From an uncultured Bacteroidia bacterium (GTDB taxonomy: Bacteria > Bacteroidota > Bacteroidia > NS11-12g > UBA955): DNA of 64,000 nt. Location of the stretch: assembly GCA_938086785.1 (NCBI GenBank), contig CALKCM010000014.1, positions 2,467 to 66,466 of the forward strand, written 5' to 3'. Positions 17,657 through 28,795 of this stretch are shown piece by piece. The translations under genes and the position numbers were made by a program. How positions within the stretch are numbered: the first letter of the stretch is position 1; the number at the start of each line of letters is the position of its first letter. The notes under the pieces are model-generated. The model did not search any database. It was not told the origin of the DNA and saw only the letters and a program-made list of their open reading frames with translations.

Positions 17657-19321
17657 ATGAATAGAAGAGAGTTTTTTTCTGCTTCCCTTCCTAAAACGGA
17701 GGGAGTTTCGGAGCTTAAACAAGTAAAGAAAGTAGAGCGCAGAACCAGTTCGGGAATATCTGAATATACAGGTACATGGAGCCAATGGGAAGTAAAGCAC
17801 TTGCTATCCAGAGCTCTTTTTGGATACAATCATGCAGATTTGGCCAAATACGGCGCTAAAACCATGTCAGAAACCGTAGCCGAGTTAATTAATATTGATG
17901 AAACCGTGCCGGACCTGCCAATCAATGACTATAGTTTTAATACAACCGATCCATACTGCCCAGAAAATGCCATTTGGTTGACAACCCGGTCTTCCAATAA
18001 TTTTGGAAGGCGAATGAGCCTAAAAAATTGGTGGATGAAACACATGATTTCGGATGGGACCATTCGCGAAAAGATGACGTTGTTTTGGCACAATCATTTT
18101 GCCGCAGAGTCTGCTGCGATTGCTGATGCGCGCATGGCTTACGTTTACCTTGCCCTTTTACGCAAACATTGCATGGGTGATTTAAAGGTTCTTACCAAAG
18201 AAATGACCATTGATCCAGGCATGTTGAAATATTTAAACGGTTATGTGAATTCAAAGGAAGCACCCGATGAAAACTATGCCCGTGAACTGCAAGAACTTTT
18301 TACCCTAGGAAAAGGCCCAGAGAGTAAGTATACTGAGGATGACGTGAAAGCCGCCGCTCGAGTATTAACAGGTTGGAGAATTGATTATTCTAAGAATCCA
18401 CCCGTTCGACTTTTTCAGAGCAGCAGGCATGACGAAGACGATAAACAGTTTTCTGCCTTCTATGGAAATAAGGTCATTAAAGGCCAATCTGGAGCAACTG
18501 CCGGAGAGGGAGAACTCGACGAAATGCTAGAGATGATTTTTGCTAAAAGCGAGGTATCCAAGCACATTATTCGGAGGTTATATGTCTTTTTTGTATACTA
18601 TGAGATAGATGCAGATACCGAAGCCAACGTTATTGAGCCTTTGGCCCAATTGTATGAAACAAATAACCACAACATTAAACCAGTCATAGAAACGCTTCTT
18701 AAGAGTGAGCACTTTTTTGATCAAGCCAATAGAGGATGCATCATTAAGCCACCCTTAGATTATATGGTGGGTTTTGCAAAATCGGGATACGTAAATCTAC
18801 CAGCAAAAACAGAGAGCAATGCAGTGCGTTATTCCCACGAAAAATATATTAACGATATCTGTGTAGGGAGCGAACAGGCCTTATTAGATCCACCAGGTGT
18901 GGCTGGCTGGCCAGCCTATTATCAAGCGCCCTCATTTCACGAAGTGTGGATTTCGAGTAATACCATGCCTACACGAGTTTCTGTGATGGGACAGTTGGCC
19001 TATAACGGACGAAAAAGCCAAGGCTATACCCTTAAAATGAATTTGTTTGAAATTGCAGAAAATACATCCAATCCCAGTGATCCAAATGTTTTGGTAAGCG
19101 AATGCCTCGATTATTTTTTACCCATGCCATCATCCGAAAATTTAAAGGCAAGCACCAAAGAATTTTTGCTTCCTGGCGGTTTGCCAGATTTTAACTGGAC
19201 CACTATTTGGAATACCTACAAATCCGATCCTGGAGACGCAACCAATACAAAAACCTGCACGGACTTACTTACCTATATGATCTATAGTATTTTTAACTTA
19301 GCCGAATTTCAACTACACTAA
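17657..19321 (+). CDS. DUF1800 family protein
   Basis: REKMTLFWHNHF, DENYARELQELFTLG and DVKAAARVLTGW motifs. Confidence 0.93.
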   Translation: MNRREFFSASLPKTEGVSELKQVKKVERRTSSGISEYTGTWSQWEVKHLLSRALFGYNHADLAKYGAKTMSETVAELINIDETVPDLPINDYSFNTTDPYCPENAIWLTTRSSNNFGRRMSLKNWWMKHMISDGTIREKMTLFWHNHFAAESAAIADARMAYVYLALLRKHCMGDLKVLTKEMTIDPGMLKYLNGYVNSKEAPDENYARELQELFTLGKGPESKYTEDDVKAAARVLTGWRIDYSKNPPVRLFQSSRHDEDDKQFSAFYGNKVIKGQSGATAGEGELDEMLEMIFAKSEVSKHIIRRLYVFFVYYEIDADTEANVIEPLAQLYETNNHNIKPVIETLLKSEHFFDQANRGCIIKPPLDYMVGFAKSGYVNLPAKTESNAVRYSHEKYINDICVGSEQALLDPPGVAGWPAYYQAPSFHEVWISSNTMPTRVSVMGQLAYNGRKSQGYTLKMNLFEIAENTSNPSDPNVLVSECLDYFLPMPSSENLKASTKEFLLPGGLPDFNWTTIWNTYKSDPGDATNTKTCTDLLTYMIYSIFNLAEFQLH

Positions 19322-19340
19322 TTTTAGAGAGGAACATCAA

Positions 19341-20915
19341 ATGAAAAGAAGAAATTTTTTAAAAGCAACCAGCCTTCTTCCCTTAGGAATTGGAGGTCTT
19401 GGATTTAAAAATTTGAGTGCTACCCCTTTCCTAGCCTCATTAGGCTTAAAGGCGGCAACCAACGATAATATATTAGTTTTAATACGATTAAGTGGAGGTA
19501 ATGACGGACTCAATACCGTTATTCCATTAGACCAATACACAAACCTGAGCAAAGCCAGGAGCAATGTATTAATACCCGAAACCGAAGTTCTTAAACTTAC
19601 AGGTACGGATAATACAGGGTTACATCCATCCATGACAGCCATCAGAGGCATGTATGATGAGGGATTGGTAAATATTGTACAATCAGCAGGGTATCCAAAT
19701 CCAAATTTTTCGCATTTTAGATCTACGGATATATGGAATTCAGGAAGTGATTCTAACCAATTTTGGGACACCGGTTGGCTAGGAAGAGCCTTGGATAAGG
19801 AGTATCCGGGGTACCCCACGGGTTATCCAACTTCAGATATGCCCGATCCTTTAGCCTTAGGAATAGGTACTTTTTCTACTGTAACGCAAGGTCCAACGAA
19901 TCAAATGGGAATAGGGGTAAGTAATCCCAATACCGTGTATGATTTAATTAATGGAAATACCGATACTGCACCCAATTCAAAATATGGAAAAGAGCTCGCC
20001 TATATTCGCTTGGTAAACGAGCAAACCAATGTATATACAAAAGCCATAAAAGCAGCCAGTGATAAGGGAGAAAACTTAAGCACCAAATACCCTACAGGTG
20101 TAAGGGGAAATAGTCTTAGTGAGCAATTAAAAATAGTTGCAAGGCTTATTTCTGGAGGCTTAAAAACCAAAGTATATATGGTTTCCATAGGTGGTTTTGA
20201 TACCCATGCAAGCCAAGTGGATGCAATGGACCATAAAGTAGGAACTCATGCGAATTTGCTAAAAACACTATCTGATTCCATTGGTGCATTCCAAGATGAT
20301 TTGAAACTCTTGTCCTTGGACGAAAGAGTGGCCGGAATGACCTACTCTGAGTTTGGACGAAGAATTAAGAGTAATTTAAGTGGTGGTACGGATCACGGGG
20401 CAGGAGCGCCCATGATGGTATTCGGCAAGAACGTTCAAGGCGGCATTTTAGGAAATAGTCCGGTTATACCCGAAACAGTAGAAGTGAAGGACAATATACC
20501 TATGCAGTTTGACATGCGTCAGGTGTATGCCAGCACCATTAAAGATTGGTTTGGAATTACAGGATCCACTCTTACAGATATTATGGGCAAGCCCTATGAT
20601 ATTTTACCCATATACAAGAGCAGCAATGTTTCCATCAATGATTTTGAGGATTTAGTGAGTAATATTAAGATTTATGAGCCTTTCCCAAATCCGGTGGACG
20701 ATGAAGTAAATCTTAAATTTAAAACCGATGGGGGTACTATAGCCATTCGTATATTTGATCCCTTAGGGAATCTTATAAAGCAGGCATTTACAGGAAGAGT
20801 AGCCTCGGGAGAGCAAATAAAAACCTTTAGCTTAAAAGGAATGAGCAGTGGAAACTACTTTATTCAGTTGGCTCAAGGAACCAAACGGGTTAGTTCCGTC
20901 ATTATTAAGAAATAG
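19341..20915 (+). CDS. DUF1501 family protein with T9SS type-A CTD
   Basis: MKRRNFLK; LSGGNDGLNTVIP, SHFRSTDIW, GGFDTH, SEFGRR and GTDHG motifs; C-terminal FPNP...GNYFI. Confidence 0.93.
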   Translation: MKRRNFLKATSLLPLGIGGLGFKNLSATPFLASLGLKAATNDNILVLIRLSGGNDGLNTVIPLDQYTNLSKARSNVLIPETEVLKLTGTDNTGLHPSMTAIRGMYDEGLVNIVQSAGYPNPNFSHFRSTDIWNSGSDSNQFWDTGWLGRALDKEYPGYPTGYPTSDMPDPLALGIGTFSTVTQGPTNQMGIGVSNPNTVYDLINGNTDTAPNSKYGKELAYIRLVNEQTNVYTKAIKAASDKGENLSTKYPTGVRGNSLSEQLKIVARLISGGLKTKVYMVSIGGFDTHASQVDAMDHKVGTHANLLKTLSDSIGAFQDDLKLLSLDERVAGMTYSEFGRRIKSNLSGGTDHGAGAPMMVFGKNVQGGILGNSPVIPETVEVKDNIPMQFDMRQVYASTIKDWFGITGSTLTDIMGKPYDILPIYKSSNVSINDFEDLVSNIKIYEPFPNPVDDEVNLKFKTDGGTIAIRIFDPLGNLIKQAFTGRVASGEQIKTFSLKGMSSGNYFIQLAQGTKRVSSVIIKK

Positions 20916-21046
20916 CAGATGAGACAATAGCTAGAGCTTTAGTAAGCAATAGTTATTCATTACTCAGGGATTGTATTTGTATATTTTGCGTCAAAGGCAT
21001 GCAACAAAGCCAAGGGCAATGACGTCTATAAGTTATATTTGTAGAT

Positions 21047-24016
21047 ATTCGTAGTATAGCGGCCATACTAATTTCGGCGATCGGAACACTCCTTTCCGCT
21101 CAAACCTATTTTACCCCAAATGCGGGTCAATGGTCCAATCCTTCTATTGCCAGAAATTTACAAGCTTTTGGTTCTGTATTTATTGAAACCAATGGGTTTA
21201 AAATTAAACAAGTAGACCCCGAAGCAGCCTTAAAAAAGCACCATTTATTTCACCAGCAAAGCAGTTTAAGAGAGCTTACTGTTCGTGGAAACCATTTGTT
21301 TTTTACCTGGGAAGGGAGTCAGCCAGCTTCCGTTTTCATGGCAGATTCTGCCAATTATTACGAAAATTATTTTATTGGCCAAAAGGCCTCTCAATGGAAA
21401 TCGAGTGTGTACCCTGTATCAGAAATAAAACAATCTGAAATGTATGAGGGAATTGATGTGAAATATTATGGGATTAAAGAGGGCATTGAGTTTGATTTAA
21501 TCCTGCATCCCGGCGCCAATGTGAAGGATATAGGACTATCTGTAGAGGGGGCCAATGATGTTTACTTGCAATCGGGATCGGCCATTTACTCTCATGGCAT
21601 TGGAGATTTTAGATTGGCTGCGCCTTTCGCATATCAATATATTGGGAATGAGAAAATTCCTGTTTACTGCCGCTATACCTTAAATAATAAAGTCTTGGGC
21701 TTCGAATTGGGAGGGTATAATCCATCCTTTGATGTTACTATTGATCCCATTCTAGTTTTTAGCACCTACTCGGGTTCTACGGGCGATAATTTTGGATTTA
21801 CAGCCACCTTTGACTCTAAGGGAAATCTTTATGCGGGTGGAATTGTAGATACCACAGAGGGAGCTTATCCCTATACCTCAGGTGCTTTTCAAACGACTTA
21901 TGGCGGGGTGGGTTTGGCTCGACTTCCTGTAAATTTGGGTTGCGATATTTCCATATCAAAGTATAGCTCGGACGGGTCTACTTTGCTCTATGCTTCGTAC
22001 TACGGAGGAAAAGACGATGAGTTTCCGCATAGCCTGGTCTGCGACCCATTCGATAATTTGTTCATTTTTGGCACGACCTGGAGCGATAACTTTCCTGTCA
22101 CTTCGGGAGTGTTTGACCCATCGCATAATGGATTAACGGATATTATTGTTGGAAAGGTAAGCGAGGATGGGAAAACCTTAGAAGCATCGACTTACTTGGG
22201 TGGAAGCAATTCTGACGGGTTTAATGGATCGGATTTAATATACAACTATGCAGATGATTTTAGGGGCGATATAATAACGGATGAAAGGGGCAAAGTGTTT
22301 ATTGCCACCACCAGTAGAAGTGGAGATTTTCCCACCTCAATAGATGCAGATAAACGTGCCTTGCAAGGGAATAATGACGGATTGTACATAGCAATGGAAA
22401 GCGATTTAAGTGATGTTAATTACGCCTCGTTTATTGGAGGTTCTCAGGATGATGCAGCCTATAGTATAAAGCTACAGGACAGTTCTGTTTTTATTGGAGG
22501 AGGCACAGCTAGTGACGATATTTCTTGGCCTTCGGGGGCCTTAAACCCCGTTTATTTGGGTGGAGAAAGCGATGGATTCTTATGTGAATTTAATAAAAAA
22601 TCGGGTAAACTGTTGCATGGCACCTTCTACGGAACCAACGCCTATGACCAAGTATACTTTATAGAGGTAGATTTAGATAAGCGCGTTTATGCTACAGGGC
22701 AAACGGAAGGAGCCTTAGCAAGAACAGCAAATACCTATGGAAAAGACAATGCAAAGCAGTTTATATCTGCACTAACTCCAAGCCTAGATTCCGTATACTT
22801 TAGTACCACATTTGGAAACAGAACCACCTTGCCAGAATTAAGCCCAAGTGCTTTTATGGTTGATAATTGCTACAATATTTATTTTAGCGGTTGGGGTTCG
22901 TTTACTGGAACCACAGTGGATTTGGAAATTACCCCCGATGCCAATCAGAAAACCACAGATGGCTCTGATTTTTATTTGGTTGTACTCAATAGGAATGCAG
23001 AACGCATCGTTTACGCGAGCTACTTTGGAGGAGATGCTAGTGAGGATCATGTGGATGGTGGAACCAGTCGTTTCGATAAAACGGGTGTGGTATACCAATC
23101 CGTCTGTGCCAGTTGCCCCAATGCTCCGCCGGGTTTGCAAGATTTTCCTACCTCAACGGGCGCTGTTTTTGAAACCAATAACAGTTTCCGTTGCAGCAAT
23201 GCCAGTTTTAAACTGGATTTTGAAATCACCTATACCGTCAATGCAAACTTTACCTACAGTCCTATAGATGTCTGCTCCAATGACACCATCCGTTTTAAAA
23301 ATTTAAGTAAGGCGGGTTTAAAGTATCGTTGGGATTTTGGCGATGGCGATACGAGTCTTCTTTACGAACCTACGCACCACTATAAAAAAGAGGGATTTTA
23401 TACGGTTGTTCTCACGGTTTTAGACCCCGCAAGCTGCAATAAGAGCGATCGCAAAGAACGTATTATAGAAGTAGGCAAATCGCCCAGTGGGAGCATAAGT
23501 ATTAAAGAAGAGGTCTGTTCCAATACGTATGAATTTGAATTAAGTGATGGAGTATATGATCCCAATTTTACATGGACCGTGGGAACGGAGGATATTGTTG
23601 GAGAGAAAAAATTTAAACGTAATTTAAGTCTCGGGTCTTACCCCGTTCGTTTGGTTATAAAGCATCCCTCGTATAATTGTTATGATACCATTACTCGTAT
23701 AATTGATAGCAGTAAAGATTCCAGCGGCCGCGCTTTGGTGGCGAATGTATTTACTCCAAATGCAGATGGAAAAAATGACTGTTGGAGTGTTCGAGGTTTA
23801 GCACAAGCTTGCGATAAAATGGAATTGACCATTTTTAATCGCTGGGGTGAGCGCGTGTTTAAAACCAAAGATCCAGAGGAGTGCTGGACGGGATTATTAA
23901 ATAATACGGCCATTGAGCTGCCCGATGGAAATTACTTTTATATTTTAACAATTAAGGAAAGTAAAAAATATCCCAAGGATCACATGATAGAGGGATCCAT
24001 AACCTTAATCCGTTAA
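21047..24016 (+). CDS. SBBP beta-propeller/PKD protein with T9SS type-B (gliding motility-associated) CTD
   Basis: IDPILVFSTYSG, WDFGDG and NVFTPNADGKND...IFNRWG motifs. The frame is open upstream of the ORF-track start to 21032 and includes a signal peptide and FTPNAGQW; start placed tentatively at ATT 21047. Confidence 0.85.
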   Translation: MRSIAAILISAIGTLLSAQTYFTPNAGQWSNPSIARNLQAFGSVFIETNGFKIKQVDPEAALKKHHLFHQQSSLRELTVRGNHLFFTWEGSQPASVFMADSANYYENYFIGQKASQWKSSVYPVSEIKQSEMYEGIDVKYYGIKEGIEFDLILHPGANVKDIGLSVEGANDVYLQSGSAIYSHGIGDFRLAAPFAYQYIGNEKIPVYCRYTLNNKVLGFELGGYNPSFDVTIDPILVFSTYSGSTGDNFGFTATFDSKGNLYAGGIVDTTEGAYPYTSGAFQTTYGGVGLARLPVNLGCDISISKYSSDGSTLLYASYYGGKDDEFPHSLVCDPFDNLFIFGTTWSDNFPVTSGVFDPSHNGLTDIIVGKVSEDGKTLEASTYLGGSNSDGFNGSDLIYNYADDFRGDIITDERGKVFIATTSRSGDFPTSIDADKRALQGNNDGLYIAMESDLSDVNYASFIGGSQDDAAYSIKLQDSSVFIGGGTASDDISWPSGALNPVYLGGESDGFLCEFNKKSGKLLHGTFYGTNAYDQVYFIEVDLDKRVYATGQTEGALARTANTYGKDNAKQFISALTPSLDSVYFSTTFGNRTTLPELSPSAFMVDNCYNIYFSGWGSFTGTTVDLEITPDANQKTTDGSDFYLVVLNRNAERIVYASYFGGDASEDHVDGGTSRFDKTGVVYQSVCASCPNAPPGLQDFPTSTGAVFETNNSFRCSNASFKLDFEITYTVNANFTYSPIDVCSNDTIRFKNLSKAGLKYRWDFGDGDTSLLYEPTHHYKKEGFYTVVLTVLDPASCNKSDRKERIIEVGKSPSGSISIKEEVCSNTYEFELSDGVYDPNFTWTVGTEDIVGEKKFKRNLSLGSYPVRLVIKHPSYNCYDTITRIIDSSKDSSGRALVANVFTPNADGKNDCWSVRGLAQACDKMELTIFNRWGERVFKTKDPEECWTGLLNNTAIELPDGNYFYILTIKESKKYPKDHMIEGSITLIR

Positions 24017-24104
24017 AAAAGAGGTCTGTTTAGACCCTGAGTACATAGAAAGAGGACTTTATTCTAGCTTACGGCATGCTTTTTATGCAAAGCAAAAGAG
24101 CCGT

Positions 24105-25646
24105 TTAGATATCAAACTTAATTCCTTGAGCTAGAGGCAAGTCTACTCCATAGTTAATGGTATTGGTTTGGCGTCGCATGTAGCCTTTCCAAGCATCGGA
24201 ACCACTCTCGCGACCTCCACCAGTTTCTTTTTCGCCACCAAAGGCTCCACCAATTTCGGCACCACTGGTACCAATATTTACATTAGCAATACCACAATCA
24301 CTTCCCCAAGCACTTAAGAACTGTTCTGCTTCTTGTAAGTTTTTTGTGAAAATACTGCTGCTTAACCCTTGCTTTACATCGTTTTGCATGGCAATAGCTT
24401 CATTTAAATCGCTGTATTTAAGAACGTAAAGGATGGGAGCAAAGGTTTCCTCTTGCACAATATGGAAATGATTTTGTGCCTCTACAATAGCTGGCTCAAC
24501 ATAGCAGCCGCTTTCGTATCCTTCGCCGCTAAGTACTTCGCCACCTGCTAGCAATGTGCCACCTTCTTTTTGGGCAGCTGCTAATGCTCTGGTATAGTTT
24601 TTTACTGCATCTTTATCAATTAAAGGACCCATGTGGTTGTTCTCATCCAAGGGATTTCCTATTCTTAATTGCGTGTAAATGGTTTTGAGTTTGTCTATCG
24701 TACTATCGTAAATAGAATCGTGAATGATTAAACGGCGTGTGCTTGTACAACGCTGACCTGCTGTACCTACAGCTCCAAAAACAATGGCCGGCAATGCCAT
24801 TTTTAAGTCGGCCTCTTGAGATAGTATAATGGCGTTATTTCCGCCTAATTCTAAAATACTTTTTCCCAATCGCTCTCCAACAACCTTCCCCACTTCTTTC
24901 CCCATGCGGGTGCTTCCTGTGGCAGAAATTAAGGCAACTCTTTTATCCTTCGTCATCATTTCACCTATTTCGCGCGCGCCTTGAACGAGGGTAAATATTC
25001 CTTCTGGAAGATCATTTTCTACCAAAACTTCTTTCAAAATATTTTGAACAGCTACTGCAGTAGCCGGTGTTTTTTCACTGGGTTTCCAAATGCATACATT
25101 GCCACAAACAGCTGCTAACATCGCATTCCAAGCCCAAACAGCTACTGGGAAGTTGAAGGCAGATATAATGCCAACAACGCCTAAGGGATGCCATTGCTCG
25201 TACATGCGGTGGTTTGGTCTTTCGCTATGCATGGTAAGGCCATGTAATTGGCGGCTTAAGCCAACAGCAAAGTCGCAAATGTCAATCATCTCTTGAACCT
25301 CACCGTAGCCTTCTTGCAAGCTTTTTCCCATTTCGTAACTAACCAAAGCACCCAGGCTTTCTTTATTTTTTCGGAGTTCGTTTCCTACTTGACGCACAAT
25401 TTCACCTCGCGCGGGAGCTGGCATATGTCTCCAAGATAAATGCGCTTTTTGGCAGCGGCCAATCACAGCCTCGTATTCGGTTACTGAGGCGTAAGCCACT
25501 TCTGTTATTTCGGCACCATCTACCGGACTGGTGATAGTCCTTTTGTCTGTTCCTAAGGCATGTAACCATTGTGTTCCAGTACTTGCGCTTTCGACCTTAG
25601 CGTGGATGCCAAGCTCTTTCTTAATTTCTTTAATGTTTACTTTCAT
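24105..25646 (-). CDS. Aldehyde dehydrogenase, ALDH7/piperideine-6-carboxylate dehydrogenase-like
   Basis: [27 protein letters not shown] and [15 protein letters not shown] motifs. Confidence 0.93.
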   Translation of the reverse strand: MKVNIKEIKKELGIHAKVESASTGTQWLHALGTDKRTITSPVDGAEITEVAYASVTEYEAVIGRCQKAHLSWRHMPAPARGEIVRQVGNELRKNKESLGALVSYEMGKSLQEGYGEVQEMIDICDFAVGLSRQLHGLTMHSERPNHRMYEQWHPLGVVGIISAFNFPVAVWAWNAMLAAVCGNVCIWKPSEKTPATAVAVQNILKEVLVENDLPEGIFTLVQGAREIGEMMTKDKRVALISATGSTRMGKEVGKVVGERLGKSILELGGNNAIILSQEADLKMALPAIVFGAVGTAGQRCTSTRRLIIHDSIYDSTIDKLKTIYTQLRIGNPLDENNHMGPLIDKDAVKNYTRALAAAQKEGGTLLAGGEVLSGEGYESGCYVEPAIVEAQNHFHIVQEETFAPILYVLKYSDLNEAIAMQNDVKQGLSSSIFTKNLQEAEQFLSAWGSDCGIANVNIGTSGAEIGGAFGGEKETGGGRESGSDAWKGYMRRQTNTINYGVDLPLAQGIKFDI

Positions 25647-26685
25647 ACATTTTCGTATAATATTGTTTGTATTCGCCGTTAAGGACGTTATTTAACCATG
25701 AGTGATTTGTCAAATACCAATCGATGGTATTGCTAAACCCTTCATCAAATTGAATGCTGGGTTCCCAGCCAAGATCGTTTTTTAATTTACTGGCATCTAT
25801 CGCATATCTAAAATCATGCCCCGCTCTATCTGTTACAAAGGTGACGAGCTTTCTGCTTTCGCCAGCGGCTCTATTCAGTTTGTCATCCATTAAATCGCAA
25901 AGCTTGTAAACCAAGTCTAAATTACTCCATTCATTATTGCCTCCAATATTGTAAGTTTCTCCATCTGCGCCGCTGTGGAATATAACATCTATGGCGCGTG
26001 CATGATCTTCTACCCAAAGCCAATCGCGCACATTATCTCCTTTCCCATAAACGGGCAAAGGCTTGTTATCCTTGATATTATTTATCATTAAAGGAATCAA
26101 TTTTTCAGGAAACTGATGGCTTCCATAATTATTGCTGCAATTGCTTATAACTATGGGCAGTTTGTAGGTGTCGTGGTATGCGCGTACAAAATGATCGCTG
26201 CTGGCCTTGCTAGAGCTATAAGGACTGTGAGGGGTGTAGGGAGTTTCTTCCGTAAATAAGCCTTCATCTCCTAGTTCGCCATATACCTCATCTGTACTCA
26301 CATGGTAAAACCGACCGTTTGCCACATCTCCAAAATTTTTGAAGGCATTGAGCATAACACAGGTTCCCAGAACATTGGTTTTTACAAATTCTAGAGGGTT
26401 TGTAATGCTTCTATCCACATGACTTTCTGCCGCTAAATGGATAACGGAATGGATGTGGTTTTGCTTAAAAAAGGCATTTATTGCTTCTTCATCACAAATA
26501 TCTAGATGAGCAAAAGAGTAATTCTCTTTCTGCTCTATGTCATTCAAATTTTCTAAATTTCCAGCGTAGGTAAGTTTATCTAGATTAATGATATCATAGT
26601 CCTGGTATTTATTTACAAAAAGGCGGACAACATGGTTTCCAATAAATCCTGCTCCACCTGTTATCACTATTTTCTTTCGGTTCAT
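25630..26685 (-). CDS. rfbB: dTDP-glucose 4,6-dehydratase
   Basis: [28 protein letters not shown] and YSSSK motifs. Confidence 0.96.
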   Translation of the reverse strand: MNRKKIVITGGAGFIGNHVVRLFVNKYQDYDIINLDKLTYAGNLENLNDIEQKENYSFAHLDICDEEAINAFFKQNHIHSVIHLAAESHVDRSITNPLEFVKTNVLGTCVMLNAFKNFGDVANGRFYHVSTDEVYGELGDEGLFTEETPYTPHSPYSSSKASSDHFVRAYHDTYKLPIVISNCSNNYGSHQFPEKLIPLMINNIKDNKPLPVYGKGDNVRDWLWVEDHARAIDVIFHSGADGETYNIGGNNEWSNLDLVYKLCDLMDDKLNRAAGESRKLVTFVTDRAGHDFRYAIDASKLKNDLGWEPSIQFDEGFSNTIDWYLTNHSWLNNVLNGEYKQYYTKMYESKH

Positions 26686-26686
26686 A

Positions 26687-27601
26687 CTATAATTTTTCTA
26701 AATCAAATATTCGTATCACTAAAGGTTCGTAAGGGGCAACGCCATAACTTCCCGCAGCATCATAGGCTAAATATGATGGCACTACAAAGGTAACATCTTC
26801 TCCCACTCTCATATGCAAGGGCAATACTTGAAATGCACGCAAAGGATGATTGGCTTGCCCTAAAATAGTTTTATATTTTTTGCGTTCCAGTGCGGTACTC
26901 ATGTGAGTAATTCCATTAAACTTAGTAACTAAAAGCTCGAAGGCTACCTCATCTCCAATTTTTAAGGTATCATTTGTGGTAGCTACATTGGTGTGATATC
27001 TAAAATGTGCATCTGGGTGAAGGAGGTATTCTTCACTTAAAGAATCACAGTAAGAGTCTATGGCACTTGCCTCTGCACTGATGCGATAAAACCTCTTTTT
27101 ATTAGCAAAAACTTCATATTTATCTGGGTTTAAAACCGCCGTAACTCGAATCAGAAATTTGGCATATTTCCCATTGGGCATCTCCATGAGTTTATCGTGA
27201 TTTTTTAGGTTTATATGATTGGCAAATTGCCGTTTCATACTATCCGTGTTTACCAAAAGTTCCATTTGAGACTTACTGGTCATTTTACGAAGTGCAGCCA
27301 TTAATACATTGTTATCTGCCGAGGGGTAGGGTGCTATGGTGGCTGTATCTGCGGCAAAACTATTAATAATAGTATCTCCATTAGGGCTTGTCAAGAGGTA
27401 ATTAATCAACATCATGTGATCTGCTCCGTACTGTCCTTCTTGGCTTTCATCTCCATAATTAAACTTGTAGATGAGGCCATTTGAATCTGTTTTAAAATTA
27501 TTAAAATACCGCTGGTATATATTTTTCCCTTGGAAGAACAGAAAGGCTCCACCAAGAATTATTAGAGCCAAAAGGAAATATTTGTTTTTTACTAGATTCA
27601 T
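26687..27601 (-). CDS. Membrane-anchored FKBP-type PPIase-like protein
   Basis: MRVGEDVTFVVPSYLAYDAAG...PYEPLV C-terminal FKBP motif; lies next to the DHH gene as is usual in Bacteroidota. Confidence 0.7.
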   Translation of the reverse strand: MNLVKNKYFLLALIILGGAFLFFQGKNIYQRYFNNFKTDSNGLIYKFNYGDESQEGQYGADHMMLINYLLTSPNGDTIINSFAADTATIAPYPSADNNVLMAALRKMTSKSQMELLVNTDSMKRQFANHINLKNHDKLMEMPNGKYAKFLIRVTAVLNPDKYEVFANKKRFYRISAEASAIDSYCDSLSEEYLLHPDAHFRYHTNVATTNDTLKIGDEVAFELLVTKFNGITHMSTALERKKYKTILGQANHPLRAFQVLPLHMRVGEDVTFVVPSYLAYDAAGSYGVAPYEPLVIRIFDLEKL

Positions 27602-28620
27602 ACTCCTAATAACTCTTCTTTATGATCTTTTAGTGCATTTTTAAATTTAAAAATGGTATCCTCCAATGAATCATCACTTGCACCACCCGCTGCATTAAAG
27701 TGCCCACCTCCATTAAAATGCTTTGCAGCAAAGGCATTGGCTGCAAAACTTCCTTTGCTTCTAAAACTCATTTTAACTCGCTCTGTTCGATCAATAATTA
27801 ACACGCTAAAGACAATTCCTTCTAATCCAAGACCAAAATTTACCAAGCCTTCAGTATCGCCAGTGATCACATTAAACTCCTCTAATTCATCTGCATCTAA
27901 ATAAAGCAAGGCTGTTTTCAGCTCAGGAATAACCTCTAATTTTTTATACAAGCAATACCCAAAAAGCTTGCTTCGGCTGTGAGAGAATGTGTTAAATATA
28001 CGTTCGTAAATTTGCACATTATTTGCTCCTTTATCCATTAAATCAGCGGCAATTCTATGAGTACTAGAAGTGGTATTTCCATGCGCAAAATGGCCGGTAT
28101 CGGTCACGGTTCCTGTATAAATGCAGGTGGCCATATCGGCATCAATAACATCTGTATTAAAATATTTTTGAATAAAAAGATACACTAATTCACAGGTGCT
28201 TCCAATGTCAGAATTGGCGAAGGTATATTTGGCAAAATCTTCTGGATCCAAGTGATGATCAATCATCACCACATCGGCACTGCACTTTCCAATGAGCTCT
28301 CCCAGCTCGTTAATGCGGTGCAATCGATTAAAATCCAAACAGAAAACCACATCAGCCGCTTCTAAAAGCTGCTTGCTTTTATCTTTATCCTTTTCGTAAA
28401 TAACCACCTCATCATTGCCAGGAAGCCAATGCAAAAAGTGCGCATAGTCCGTTGGGGTAACAAGGGTTACACTCGGAATGTGCTGCTCTAAAAATCTCTT
28501 TAAGGCTAAGGTTGAACCCATGGCGTCCCCATCTGGTTTGTGATGAGTAGTGATAAAGGCATTTTTATATTCCTTATTCTTAATTTTAAGTGCTAATTCT
28601 TCCGCAGTATCCGTAAACAT
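27598..28620 (-). CDS. nrnA: DHH-family bifunctional oligoribonuclease/pAp phosphatase
   Basis: HHKPDGDAMGS, IDHH, TDTGHF and GGGHFNAAG motifs. Confidence 0.9.
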   Translation of the reverse strand: MFTDTAEELALKIKNKEYKNAFITTHHKPDGDAMGSTLALKRFLEQHIPSVTLVTPTDYAHFLHWLPGNDEVVIYEKDKDKSKQLLEAADVVFCLDFNRLHRINELGELIGKCSADVVMIDHHLDPEDFAKYTFANSDIGSTCELVYLFIQKYFNTDVIDADMATCIYTGTVTDTGHFAHGNTTSSTHRIAADLMDKGANNVQIYERIFNTFSHSRSKLFGYCLYKKLEVIPELKTALLYLDADELEEFNVITGDTEGLVNFGLGLEGIVFSVLIIDRTERVKMSFRSKGSFAANAFAAKHFNGGGHFNAAGGASDDSLEDTIFKFKNALKDHKEELLGV

Positions 28621-28795
28621 GAGGAGCAAATTTACAATAGATTTTCATGCTTTGGGCTACCTTTTCCTTTGCATTGAATCTAGCCATGTAGGTATTTTAA
28701 TTATCCGGCAATAGTTGAATAAATTGTTTGTGTTTTTTGGTTCGTCATTTTCTACATTGAGTTATATTTGCCTTTAGAAATAAAGATAAGGATTT

